From: Octopus sinensis
Lineage: Eukaryota
Reading direction: 5' to 3'
NCBI RefSeq assembly: GCF_006345805.1
Contig: NC_043004.1
Span: 78,554,001 to 78,618,000 of the forward strand
DNA: 64,000 bases
Shown: in pieces, positions 51,395 through 64,000 of the stretch
Numbering within the stretch: position 1 is the first letter of the stretch
Layout: each line of letters begins with the position of its first letter
Program-made: the position numbers and the translations under genes
Notes under the pieces: generated by a model
Seen by the model: only the letters and a program-made list of their open reading frames with translations
Databases searched by the model: none
Told to the model about the DNA's origin: nothing

Positions 51395-52956
51395 GAGAGA
51401 GAGAGAGAAGGAGTCTTTCTTGAGCCTTAGGCTCATAAGGTCGTTTCCTAGATTCTGTGACATATATTCTTCACCCTCCTACTTCCTGGACGGGACACTG
51501 GTCCATCGCAGGATTACTCATGTTTGCCAACTAAGTGGTCTGGAACAAATTGAAATGAAGGGTTTTGCTCAAGAACACAATGTATTGCCCGGTCCAGGAA
51601 TCGAAACCACATTTTTACGATCATGAGTGCAACGCCCTTAACCAGTAAGCACCAACACGGCACTTATATACTTATACGCACACACATGCATATACACGAG
51701 CAGACGTTTTTTAAAATACCCTCTTTTGTTCCTTTACGCTCCTCCACCTCTGCCTGCACCCCTGTCTCTCTAGCCCCACTTCACCCTTACTTCATCTTCC
51801 TCCTTACTTCCTCTCCACCCTTACTTCCTCTTCACCTTACAGTCATCTATCACACAAAAATGGACCGACGTTTGCCATCTCAATTCTGGCAAGCAACTCA
51901 CTAATTAGAAAGAGACCAATCTAAGGGACATAACTCCGATGGGCTTAAGACAGCTCAATCCCTTGCTTTTATTTTGTTAGTTTGTCTCCTTAAGTTGCAT
52001 TCGTTCATCAATGATTTTCGTTCCGGTGTTTTACCCAAAATTGGATGTAACATTTTCAAACCTCTTGCAGCAAAGAGCTAAAGCCATAGACTTCTCCCCA
52101 GCCATGCTCAGTGATTGCTATATTTATCTCTCCGTTTTTGGCAATCCATACAGCCCTTTCTCATGAGAAACTCTGCTGTTGACCACTACAGTGTTAAGTT
52201 TGCCAATGAGAATAAACGGACACAGAGGAGGTTGTCTGTTGTAACATGTAGTTTGGATGATGTTGTTGCTGTTGAGCGAACGGTCTTCGTCCCAGAGCTC
52301 GCAAGATAGGAGAAGTCCGAAACGTGGTCCTTTGCTATTCGTAAGACCCGCAGAAGAGAAAGCAGGTCAAACCCCCGACACCGAGAGCATCGACGGATGG
52401 ATGAATGCGCATCCAGGCTCAGCGGTTGCGTAGGAAGTCGGGGACTAGAAACAGGAAGAAAGAGTGAGAGAAAGTTGTGGTGAAAGAGTACAACAGGGGT
52501 CGCCACCAGCCCCTGCCGGAGCATCGTGGAACTTTAGGTGTTTTCGCTCAATAAACACACACAACGCCCGGTCTGGGAATCGAAACTGCGATCCTCCGAC
52601 CGCGAGTCCGCTGCCCTAACCACTGGGCCATTGCACCTCCACTTAATGACGGTGGTGGGTGGGGTGGAGGACTTTCCTGTCGAACGTGACGTATGAGTGT
52701 TCAGCCGTTTTGCCGAACGACCTGCACAAATGGTTTGTTTCTAGTGATCAAATCTTGCACAATATTAGCTCATTCTCTCCATCAAATCGACGCTGTCTGA
52801 ACAGGTGAACGGTATACTACGCACCAGGTGTTGGAGTGATCACAAAACATCGTGAGATGAACCGTTTCGCTCAAAAACAACGCACCACCCGGTCTAGGAA
52901 TTGAAACCGCGATCGTGAGTGCAACATTCTAGCCACTAGGCCATGCATCCTCACAA

Positions 52957-53042
<86 letters not shown>

Positions 53043-53272
53043 GTTTCGAATTTTTCCACAAGGGCAGCAATTTGTGGGGAGGGGATGAGTCGATTACATC
53101 GACTCCCCAATATTCAACTGGTACTTATTTTATCGAATCCGAAAGGATGAAAAGCAAAGTCGTCCACAGCGGAATTTGAACTCAGAACGTAGCGGCAGAC
53201 GAAATACAGTTTAGCATTTCGTCCAGCGTGCTAACGATTCTACCAGCTCTCTGCCTTAATAACGATAATAAT

Positions 53273-53567
53273 GGGGCCACTTTGGCGTGTGATCTACAAT
53301 TTAAAGGGAGATTACTTTAGGTTAGTTTGTGTTAGTGCTACTTTCCGTGTGATCTACGTGAGCAAATTTTCTTTGGTGGGTGATCTATGAGCTTGTTTTA
53401 ATTATTATATTGTTTATTTTTGGTTTCTTCTTGTTATTATTTACTAAGACATAGATGAAACATGGTTTTCTTATAATTAAAATAGTATGAAGTTTGCAAA
53501 ATACATTTACAATGCTAAGTATGCCCAACAGTAATCTCCCTTGTAGATCACAGGCCAAAGTGGCACC
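53273..53567. mobile_element. PIF/Harbinger-like MITE (295 bp)
   Basis: About 37-bp TIRs GGGGCCACTTTGGCGTGTGATCTACAA..GGGAGATTAC / GTAATCTCCCTTGTAGATCACAGGCCAAAGTGGCACC; 3-bp AAT flanks inside TAA repeats. Confidence 0.75.
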
Positions 53568-54479
53568 AATAATAATAATACTAATACTACTACTAATAAT
53601 ACTAATTATAATTTTGCGCGTATAATCTGGGAATGCATACAATGAGCTTCTCTGCCCTAGATGTATGGAAAACACTCGGCGAGAAACGGAAGAAAATTTA
53701 AAGAAAGAAGGAAAAAAAAAATAATAATGATAATCCTTTCTACTATAGGCACATGGGCCTGAAATTTGTGGGGAGGTGGATAGTCGATTACATCGACCCC
53801 AGTAGTACTAAACTTGTACTTAATTTATCGACCTCGAAAGGATGAACGGTAAAGTCGACTTCGACGGAATCTGAACTCAGAGCATGAAGACGGACGAAAT
53901 ACTGCTAAGCATTTTGCCCGGTGTGCTAACGGTTCTGCCATCACTCGGCCGTCAATAGTGACAACAACAATGCAGTACCCAGGTGCATTTAACTCATTGG
54001 GTAAAGTTAAAAAAGAGGATCGAAAGAATGTTATCTTTAAGAAAGCAGGACAGACAGTTTGGTTAACCTCAAAGAACGGCCAAACCTCACGCCTCGTCAC
54101 AGTTCCTACGTCATGTACATTCAGATAAGAATGATTCTTCTGTATCTTACTTGATTAATTACGGTGAAATCTATTCGCTAATATGATCAGAATAATATCG
54201 AAATATGTCTGAAGTTGACTCCCATGTTATCAAAACACCCCCACACACACACACAAATTCCTCTAATCTCAATTATTGACTGATATTTTTTTTCTCTCTT
54301 TCCCATACAATTATTTCTCGCCAGCTTTTCAAAACTACGCAAAAGACATTTTGTTTATTCCAAGATATTTCGGTTAATTCATTTACAAATGTTACCGAAA
54401 TATCTATTGACATGAATTCTTCTTTGTTTGGCAGAGTTAGATGAGACTCAAATTGTATTTTTTTTTTCTTTTTTCTTTA

Positions 54480-55770
54480 GGGGTTTGAAGGAAATAACCG
54501 AGCTGATAACCCTTACAGGTCCTCTGAGACTGGGGAGATGGATGCTGTTAATATTCTATTTAAACTGTTACAGATCAACATCTGGGAGAGACATTAGCAA
54601 AGAAGAGATTCCAGGGGGAGAAAGGGCTGGATAAAGAAGGATTGGTATAGTGGAGAGAGGGAGAGAGAGATGGAGAGGGGAGGGGGGAAGGAGAAAGAGA
54701 GAGAGAAAGAAAGGTGGGTGTTTGATGCAAGGGTGACAATAAGTGGAGTGACGAGTGTGTCGTGAGGGGTGTTGTCGGCTGATCTGATGTGGTCACTGGC
54801 TGAGTTGGGGAATGAAAATGTGTTTCTTGGGCTGCGCGAAGAAGTAACCCAACAACATCCGCGAACAATTAACAAAAGATTTTATTATTGCACATAGAGT
54901 TTTAACTGTGTTGGTCTTTTACAGATAACAACAGCAATAATTACATACTGGGAGAGACATGACGCTTGGAGTTTTGGACGGGTTTCTTGATATAGTAATA
55001 TGTGGCTGGCCCAGCATAACTGGAAACAATTGTGCTATATTCGTGGTGACGGACATTCCTGTCATCTATTTGCTTTTTGTTTTAACCGTCTTCCTGGATC
55101 GTCTGGCGGTGACAAGAATGGAGACACGTTGCCCAGCTGCATCAACATTCTTCCTAGCAAGAGGTGAGACGTGTGAATGAGTCAGCCTCTCTCAAAGCTC
55201 TGCAAAGAGTTCAGGTACCAAAAGCGGCTTATAAAGGGTACGATCAGAAGATTCTAAAAAATTGAATCACGTGATAGCTTGACGCTGATTGGTTGCTTAA
55301 TGGGCCGATCATGTGAAACTATTGTAGTTTGGTCATGATGCATGATCTCCGCAAGTAGATCAGAGTTGCCTGAGTAGTGATTCTATGAGACCAGTTAGCT
55401 ACAAGGAGCAAAGGCCATGATAGTAATAATAGAAAAGACAGGGTGAGGAGATAGTACGCTTGTGGGTCACAGTGACTGGGCTAGAGTGTGTGCCGCCCGT
55501 GGTAGTCTGCGAATTGGCCGCCGCTATACAAGCTTATATAGTTGACCCAAAAGTGTCACCTTTATAAAAGCGTCCCTGGGATGGCCTGCTTCTCCCTCCC
55601 ATCTCCACCCATCCATCCTAGCTAAGCTACTCGTGGGCTTGAGCATACCTTTTAGTGATGGATTGCCAATCAGCTGGGTGGTCCTTCTCTGAATGCGATT
55701 CAGGATATCTGTGTACTCAGAGCAGGATTAAGACCCGCAGAAGCCCTAAGCACTTAAATATATATAAACA
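54480..55770. mobile_element. Unclassified LTR-like / promoter-bearing repeat
   Basis: TATAAA motifs at about 55230 and 55563, CCAAT-type boxes, CACGTG, duplicated TGGGAGAGACAT segment; boundaries unclear. Confidence 0.3.
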
Positions 55771-56379
55771 AAATTAAAATTAACGGTAACATGAAAAATA
55801 ATGTTTATTTTTGTATATTTCCACTTTATTTATGTTTGAAAAATTTTCTACTATTTTTAATTGCAAAGTCTTTGAACAGATCCTCAAAGTTAATCTTACG
55901 TGATACATTTGTTTCTATACTTAGTAGAGATGCGGCGTCCCGGATATTATTTTAGTAAGTTTAAGGTGATTTCTTTTGTGCCGTAAACTATTTACCATTT
56001 TTTAGGTGCCCCACTTCCCCTGATGCGCCCCCCCCCCAAAAAAAACCTGTGCTTATTTTGTTTAATGGCTAATTCAGGATGTCTTTGTACTTAGTAGCAG
56101 CAACACCATCTTAGGTGAGAGAGTAGTACTCCATTGTGGAGTAGAATGTCAATAACTGTTGGCAGTTCAAATACCTTGGGGTCTTAAAGAGAAAGGCTAG
56201 TTTCTGGAATGTGGTTCTAGCTATGTTAAGACGTGCTTTTACCAGGAGAGATCGTCAGTAGGTGAGGTCCCTCATTTGAAGTAGTGTTTACAGTGTCTCT
56301 TTGATGTTTTTCTCTCAAATGTCCATAAAGTAAGTACCAGTAATATACTTTCCGAAAAGAGTTTGTAGTGATCCTATAC

Positions 56380-56715
56380 AACGGCGCGCGCTCGCGCACC
56401 GTCCATTTGTATTTCGCGCGTGCGGGGTTGGTGCTTTCACCACCGGAAGAAGAACCCTTTTGCCTACGTAGCAGTTAGCCGAGGCAAGGGGATCGTAAGA
56501 CGTTGACCACCAGCGTCCAGCAAGCAGCGACTTGAGACAGCAGCGACTGAAGGCGACGGTCACGTATATTTTCTCTCCGTCTGAACTTGATTCTAGCAGC
56601 ACCTTACCAAAAGGCCTTTAACCAAATTGTTGCAGACCAACATCGTCTCCATTGTTCGCCGCCATCTTTGACCAGTGTCGTTTTGCATTTGAACACTTTC
56701 TTATTTTACAGAGAT
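56380..56715. promoter_or_regulatory. CpG-rich promoter-like island, possibly bidirectional
   Basis: Dense CpG/GCGC; E2F-like TTTCGCGC 56412, ETS CCGGAAG 56443, pyrimidine tract CCCTTTTT about 56455, YY1-type CGCCGCCATCTTTG 56657-56670; donors on both strands (+56496 GTAAGA, -56607 GTAAGG); + acceptor at 56710. Confidence 0.6.
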
Positions 56716-57020
56716 AAGGTTCAGCACGACACATTTATACCAAAGGGATACCAGATAACCACTTATTGTTACTGTTACCACATTAGAGAATAAAGTAGTA
56801 TATATATCTTTTACGTCTGCGTCTTGTTGTTTCTGACTGGTAGAATTCTGGATTATTAAAGCAACGGCTAGTGATTGCCTCTTGTACCCCGAAAGTACAA
56901 GAGAAGATATATTCACACTAAGTTCGTTACAAGTTTGTAAAATGTTTATTATTCGTAACTTATAAACTTCTCTCTACAAAAGCTCGCTTTGCGCTCTGTC
57001 GAATTAAAACATTGTTTTAA

Positions 57021-57600
57021 GGCTGCGAGCTGGCAGAAACGTTAGCACGCCGGGCGAAATGCTTTGTGGTATTTTGTCTGCCGTTATGTTCTGAGTTCAA
57101 ATTCCGCCGAGGTCGACTTTGCCATTCATCCTTTTGGGGTCGATAAATTAAGTACCAGTTACGCACTGGAGTCGATGTAATCGACTTAATCTGTCCTTGT
57201 TTGTCCCCTCTGTGTTTAGCCCCTTGTGGGTAGTAAAAAGAAATAGGTATTTCGTCCGCCGTTACCTTCTGAGCTCAAATTCCGCCGAGGTCGGCTTTGC
57301 CTTTCATCCTTTCGGGGTCAATAAATTAAGTACCAGTTACGCACTGGGGTCGATGTAATCGACTTAATCCGTTTGTCTGTCCTTGTTTGTCCTCTCTGTG
57401 TTTAGCCCCTTGTGGGTAGTAAAGAAATAGGTACTTTGTCTGCCTTTATGTTCTGAGCTCAAATTCCGCCGAGTTCGAATTTGCTTTTCATTTTTTCAGG
57501 GTCGATATATTAAGCACTAGTTGCGTACTGGCATCGATCTAATCGACTTCCCCACTCCCCACAAATTTTCGGGCCTTGTGCCTAGAGAATAAAAGAATTA
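57021..57600 (+). mobile_element. SINE with three tandem copies of an about 185-bp internal unit
   Basis: GGTATTTCGTC...GGGTAGTAAAGAAATA unit repeated from about 57068, 57246 and 57430. Confidence 0.85.
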
Positions 57601-59460
57601 ACACATTATACATTTGATCGCACTCCTCTCTTTATGTCTATCCGCTTTTCTGTTTCTCTTTAGTTTTTTTAATTCTTTCCTCGTTGTCTCCAAAAGACAG
57701 AAAGGTAAAAAGATGAACACGCAATTCTTGCAAAATGGGTTGAGGGTCGACGAAGAAAAAATTACGTCACACTATTTATTTGTCCCGATTATTTTAAGTT
57801 ATGAATTTAAATCCTTTCGAAGTTAACTTTGCTTTTCATCCCTCCTGGGTTGATAAATATAAAATACCAGTCAAGTACTGGTGTCGATGTAATCGGCTGA
57901 CCCCGACGCATCTCTTCGAAATTGTTAGCCATATGCCTAAATTAGAAACAAATATTGTACTTAACGTCTTTCTTCCTCCCCACATGGTATTACCCCCTCA
58001 CACTCACACAAGCCACCCACTTTTCTCTGTGTTTCTCCTTTAATTTAATATGTTTTAAAAGTATTAAGTGTTTTTTTTTTTATCTGATCTTCGTCTCCTT
58101 TCTTTCCTTTTTATCTCACCAATATCTTACCCTGTCCTAATTCGCCGTTACCCACTTGGCTGATAAAAGTTAAAGCGCCAGGTGTTGTATAAAGTTTTCT
58201 AATAATCAACGTTACCTGTTCACGAATGACTCACCTGCAACTGCAGGCAGTCACTGAAGAAACGGTTAATTGCCGGTGAGGGGAAAATATTGATTGAATC
58301 AACAATCACGTGAACAAGGTACCGGCAAGTTTGAATTTCAGTTGTTGATAGTCAGTTGCCGTGTTTCTTCGATTTAAATTGAGTTTTTTTTGTTTTTTTT
58401 TAATTCTTTGTCGTCCTAAATTCTTTATTTAAATTTCATCAGCAAATCTGCCATTAATTTACGTTTGAAAACACTGTAACTCGGTTTTGCCTGTGGATAA
58501 TACGTGTTAAATAACATGACAACAAACAGATTTTATTATTTGAAGTAAAGGAAACATCGTTAGATCAAACTATGTGACAAAAAGAGTAGAGACAAGAAGA
58601 AGCAAACGTAATGTATAAGTATTTTTTATGATTTTCATTTCATCGCGAGAGTAAAAGAATTATATAAACTGGTTAAAGGTGTTGTTGTTTATATAGCAGA
58701 CCTATTATCTAAAATATTCCAGCCCTGTCTATGCCATGATTTTCTTCCATGCAGAGAACCCAATATTCCGTTATCCAACGTGTAATGTAATTCGAGGGGG
58801 AGTTGACTATGTCTAGCATGAATATTTTCCACAACATGCTTCCATCGTGTTGTGTTACGTTATGTAAATGAATGTGTTTTTGGCAGCAATTATATTATAG
58901 TTGCTTCTTCTTCACAGCATTCATCGAAAAGAAAGAAAGAAACCCTGCTGTGTTATTATGTCCCCAAAGCTCTTCCATAAACATAAGTATTAATATAATT
59001 ACTGCAACAATGAGCCCCGTTCACGGCTTAAAAGCAATCCGTCCTGGCGATGATTAGTTGACACATGCAACAAGTGAGCAGTAAGGCTTGAAGACAGGCA
59101 AATCCCTGTAATTAGATAAAACTATTGTCACATGATAACATTTTATCTATCCGCCAAATTCAAACAAACCCTCATTAGAGATGCGACCAGTTTGTTTAGC
59201 GGACGACAGCCAAGCGCGGACGCAATCTGATATTCTTACTTATATAGAATGAATGAATGAATGAAACGAAGAAAAAGTAAGAGGTGTACACGACAGAGTG
59301 GATCCAGGAAAGAGTTACAATTTTATTGTTTTTACGGGAGAATGAGATAAGATAAAAGAAATTAAAATTCTGTGGATTTTTCATGGAATTTATTTGATGG
59401 CGATGGTTTTAATGTGTACCTGGTCTCAGGAAGGGAATTCAGGATAATGTACCGCAGAAT

Positions 59461-59545
59461 ATGTCAACTGGAAGAGATTTTCACAGCCAAGATGTGGCAA
59501 TTGTTGTTCTGTCTGCCATCATTTACTTGCTGGATGTTGCAACAG
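59461..59545 (+). CDS. First coding exon of an XK-related (XKR family) membrane protein; rest of gene presumably beyond the window
   Basis: MSTGRDFHSQDVAIVVLSAIIYLLDVAT + phase-1 G, strong donor CAG|GTGAGT. A hydrophobic helix ending in YLLDVAT(D) fits the recalled XK-family TM1 motif (D-V-x-T-D). In-frame TAA at 59410-59412. Confidence 0.68.
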
Positions 59546-60895
59546 GTGAGTGAGTTCTATCCCCGCCAGCATGTTACGAAGAAATTGAAACGCAATATAT
59601 ATATCCTGCACAAATACATTCCGTTCCAAAGCTGAATGTTTCTAAATGAATTACAATGTCATTACAAATACTCACTTGTATCTTAATGAAAATATATTTA
59701 TCGAACTTAGTTGCTTTTCTAATTAATTGCATGACACTTTTGGAAGAAGTTTTTGATGGCGAAAGTTTATAACTAAATTCCTATGTTTTATACATGTATT
59801 AGTACTTCGCGCTTATTTTGTTCATGTTTGGAGATTGTTTGAAAGTTTTCTCTTGTCTGACAAATTTATTACAATATCTTTCAGTTAAATGTTTTAACAT
59901 ATATGGTATTCTTGGAAATTCTTGCCTGGTTATATGCTGGAGTAGATTTACTTGGCCGAGGGTTGCAATTTGAAACCTAACCAGGCTGGAAACCAACAAA
60001 AAGTGTTTTCATCAAAGTTTCCTCTTTTGTTATGAGTATATTTATTAAAAAGTAATTTGGCCAGGTCATGTTGCACCTGTTAATGGTACCTGGAACCCAG
60101 AAATTCTGTTTCGTGGTCAGGGGTTCAGTGATTAAGCTGCCCATCTCTTACTTTACTGGATGAGGAGGGTGTGTGAGGATAAATGAGAATTTAAAATAAA
60201 ACCTGTCAAAAGACCAGAGAACTCGCAGAGAAGCCAACGTTTAAACAATTGTGGAGACGAGACAGGCATTACTGATTCAGTCTCCATATTGAAACACTTC
60301 GTTATTGTGCACCTACGGCCAGAATTTTTAATAATAATGAGCTTATTGTATACAGTGTTCAGGGGCACTAAAACACCCTGGAAAAGAGGGAGCAAAAAAA
60401 AGCAGCCATAAGCCAAGTAAAGAAACACGGCAATGAAAGCTACATGTACATGCACGCGACACAGATTAAAACAAAAACGCACAGAAAATGGTGATAAAGA
60501 GGAAAGGATGCATTGACAAGCCAGGAATAGTGTTGGAGGATTTTAAGTAGCCAAAATTTTTGAAGGATGCAGTGTCCTGACCTCTAACAACTGAAGCTGG
60601 TAGTTTATTCCTTGCTTCGACAATTTTGTGTGTGAAAAATGATACATCACAAAAATAAAAGTTTGTGTGAAGGCACGTGATTTTATGGTAAGGATGTTGC
60701 TCTCATGATCGTAAGGTTGTGGTTTCGATTCTCGGGCTGGACGATGTGTTGTGTTTTTGAGCAAAATACTTTATCTTAGTTTGCTTGATTCCACTCAGCT
60801 GCTAAGTCCTAATGAAGAGGTATACGCCACCGAATCTGCAAAGACCGGCATTATACGCCTATGATTCGTGGTGGACCATTGATTTTATATATATA

Positions 60896-60926
<31 letters not shown>

Positions 60927-60927
60927 G

Positions 60928-60976
<49 letters not shown>

Positions 60977-61393
60977 GGTGATTAAAAAGTCACCATACAT
61001 AATTTTTTTTTTTATAAGAAACAGTTTTTTTTATTTAACCGTTTCTTATAAAAAAATTTATTTTTCCTATGTATGGTGACTTTTGAATCAACCTGTGTGT
61101 GTGTGTATATATATTGACAGGCTTCTTTCAGTTTCCATGTATCAAATCCACTCACAAGGATTTGGTCGGCCTGAGGCTATAGTAGCAGACACTTGCCCAT
61201 GGTGCCACGCAGTGGGACTGAACCAGGAACCATGTAGTTGGAAAGCAAACTTATTACCACTCAACCTCACCCCGAAATACATATAAATTTGCTTACCAAC
61301 CACATGGTGACGCCTCGGGCAAGTGTCTTCTGCTATAGCCTTGAGCCAGCCAAACCCTTGTGAGTGGATTTGGTAAACGAAAACTGAAAGAAG

Positions 61394-61429
<36 letters not shown>

Positions 61430-61979
61430 GTGTTATATATATATATATAACACAGGAGTGGTTGTGTGGTAAGCAGCCTGCTTCCCAACCACATGGTTCT
61501 GGGTTCAGTCCAACTCCGTGGCACCTTGGGCAAGTGTCTTCTACTATAGCCTCGGGCCGACCAAATCCTTGTGAGTGGATTTGATAGATGAAAACTGAAA
61601 GAAGCCTGTTGTATATGTATATATATAGGCACATGAGTGGCTGTGTGGTAACCAGCTTGCTTCCCAACCACATGGTTCTCGGTTCAGTCCCACTACGTGG
61701 CACCTTGAGTAGGTGTCTTCTACTACAGCCTCGGGTCAACCAAAGCCTTGTGAGTGAATTTGGTAGATGGAAACTTAAAGAAACCCATCGTGTGTATGTG
61801 TATATATAATTTGCTTGACAACTAATGTTAGTGTGTTTATGTAACTTAGCGGTTCAGCAAAAGAGACCGATAGAATAAGTACTAGGCTTACAAAGAATAA
61901 GCCCTGGGGTCGATTTGTTTGACTAAAGATGGTGTTACAGCGTGACCGCAGTCAAATGACTGACACAAATAAAAGAATC

Positions 61980-62010
<31 letters not shown>

Positions 62011-63799
62011 ATACACGTTTGTATATTATATACACACACTCCTCTTAACATCACTCATTTACCATATACCCCCCCCCCTCTATATTAATCGTAAATTCGT
62101 CATTCACTTACATCACCTCTATCCCCATTCGAACCCCACCACCACCATTCTGTCTCTTCTATTCTGCACTCAGCATCATTCTTTTTTCTTCTCTTACTCT
62201 TCATCATGTTACTTTCTTATTCCTTTTTATATAATTTTCTATAATTACATAATTGCTTTACAGGATGGCTGGTTGGTTGGTTGGTTGGTTGGCAGGACAA
62301 AATGTTTCGCTGTGTTTAACATTTTACTTCATAGGCGCTCGATGGCTGAATGGTTAAATAAAAAAAATTTTGCTTTGCAGCCACAAGGCTCTGGTTTCGA
62401 TTCTGTTGTGTGGTGTCCTGGATGTATATTTATTTTGTATAACCGTGTGTCGACCCATAACTTGTGAATGAGGCTATGTAGAATCTTGTGCAGTGTATTG
62501 TGTTAGTAATATTGGTGTGTTTACATTCCTGTAACTTAGCAGTTCAGCAAAAGAGACCAATATAATAAGTACTAGGCTTACAAAGAATATGTCCTGGGAT
62601 CAATTTGTTTGACTAAAGGCATTGCTCCAGCATGGCCATAGTCAAATGACTGAAATCAGTAAAAGAATATCTATGTATGTATGTACATAAGTGTGTATAT
62701 ATGTATGTGTATACATAGGTGCAGATGTGGCCGTGTGGTAAGAAGCTTCCTTCCTAAGCATGTTTCCAGGTTCAGTCCCCCAGCGTGGCACCTTAGGCAA
62801 GGGTCTTCTATAGCCTTGGGCTGACCAAATTGCCCTGCACCCAGTCATGCTGGTTCTTTCTGGGAATTACAACAATGGTACATCACTTGTCTGTGGAATA
62901 TTCAGTCATGTTTATTGAATGAACCTGATAGTTTAACTGATAAATCAATTGAACTTGATGCTTGGAAATTCTGACGGATCCATTTTTATTTTAGAGTTCA
63001 AATCCCACCTGGATCAACTGCTCCTGTGGTCTCAGCCTTTTTTTACCACTGTGTGTGTGTATGATATTTATGTTAAATCTAAAAGCTGGTGTTTCAGCCT
63101 GTAAACATCACAGACCATCACGTGCACACACATACACCCGTCACCCCCCCCACTGTCGCACATGCACACATCCGTCACACACGCACACACACATCACACA
63201 CACACACCCTTGTCACACACAGACACACCTCCCTGTCACATACACACATCTCTGACACACTTGTCACTCCCCTTCACACACACACACAACTCTCTCTTCT
63301 CTCATGCAGTTCACAATATGAGATTAAAATGCTTTTATATAATTTTATTGAACTATAAAATTCTTCTCAGGGTAAAAGCATTAAAAAAATCCCCCTCAAA
63401 ATTACTTAACAGTTTAAAACCTTAATATTTTAGAAATTTGGACAAATTTAAACAAAAAATGGTGAAACAATAAATTATTTTCCACTGTAATTTGAAATCA
63501 TGTATCAAGTTTTTGAAGATTTGACTTAAATGTGGAATTGTTTCTAATTAAAGCATGTGGCCAGCTATTTTGGGTGCAGGGTGAGGAGGTCAGTTGGTTA
63601 CATCGGCCCCAGTCCTGACAAGTGCTTTATTTCATTGACCTCAGAGTGATACAAGGTAAAGTTGACCTCAGCAGGATTTGAACTCAGGAGATAAAAAGCT
63701 AGAAGAAATAGGGCAAGGAATTTTGTCCGACTCTCTAATAATTCTATCAATCCACCACTGTATGGAACTTTAATGACCACATTCCTCATAGACTTTCTG

Positions 63800-63871
<72 letters not shown>

Positions 63872-64000
63872 GTATGCATGAGAGAGGGAGTGAGAAATTA
63901 AAGGACTGAGGGGGTAAAATAAAACCAAGTAACAGGTGACACTGATATTTCTAAACTTCACACTAATATTCCTATTCAGCTTTGTCTTTTTTTCATCTCT

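Noticed and set aside
55331-55392. C/D box snoRNA-like segment (GGTC-ATGATGC...CTGA...ATGA-GACC)
   Set aside because: Degenerate C and D boxes, not in an evident host intron, and no rRNA antisense element recognised.
60153-60482. 109-aa hydrophobic minus-strand ORF
   Set aside because: No recognisable family motif and no convincing splice context; it lies antisense within the presumed XKR intron. A BLASTx hit would change this.

Overview
AT-rich, microsatellite- and SINE-dense animal genomic DNA. The repeat repertoire looks like an octopus/coleoid cephalopod genome (inference). One complete gene can be reconstructed: a 17-exon minus-strand DEAD-box helicase DDX24/MAK5 orthologue (CDS 48391->23138, 2301 nt, about 766 aa; all GT-AG junctions and phases checked by hand). 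A first coding exon of a plus-strand XK-related (XKR-family scramblase-like) gene lies at 59461-59545 and is missing from the ORF track. Between the two genes is a CpG-rich promoter-like island (56.38-56.71 kb) with splice donors on both strands. The rest is a nested patchwork of RTE, R4/Dong-like and CR1/L2 LINE remnants, tRNA-derived SINEs, mariner/Tc1 derivatives, MITEs, Helitron/Helentron elements and LTR-like pieces. I cannot demonstrate a new biological system from sequence alone. The best leads are RTE LINE remnants carrying tandem C2H2 zinc fingers, many fold-back/inverted structures in and near the DDX24 pre-mRNA (possible dsRNA/ADAR/circRNA substrates), the possibly bidirectional TOP-like promoter, and a CpG-depletion domain over DDX24. 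Coordinates of decayed repeats are approximate; no database searches were run.
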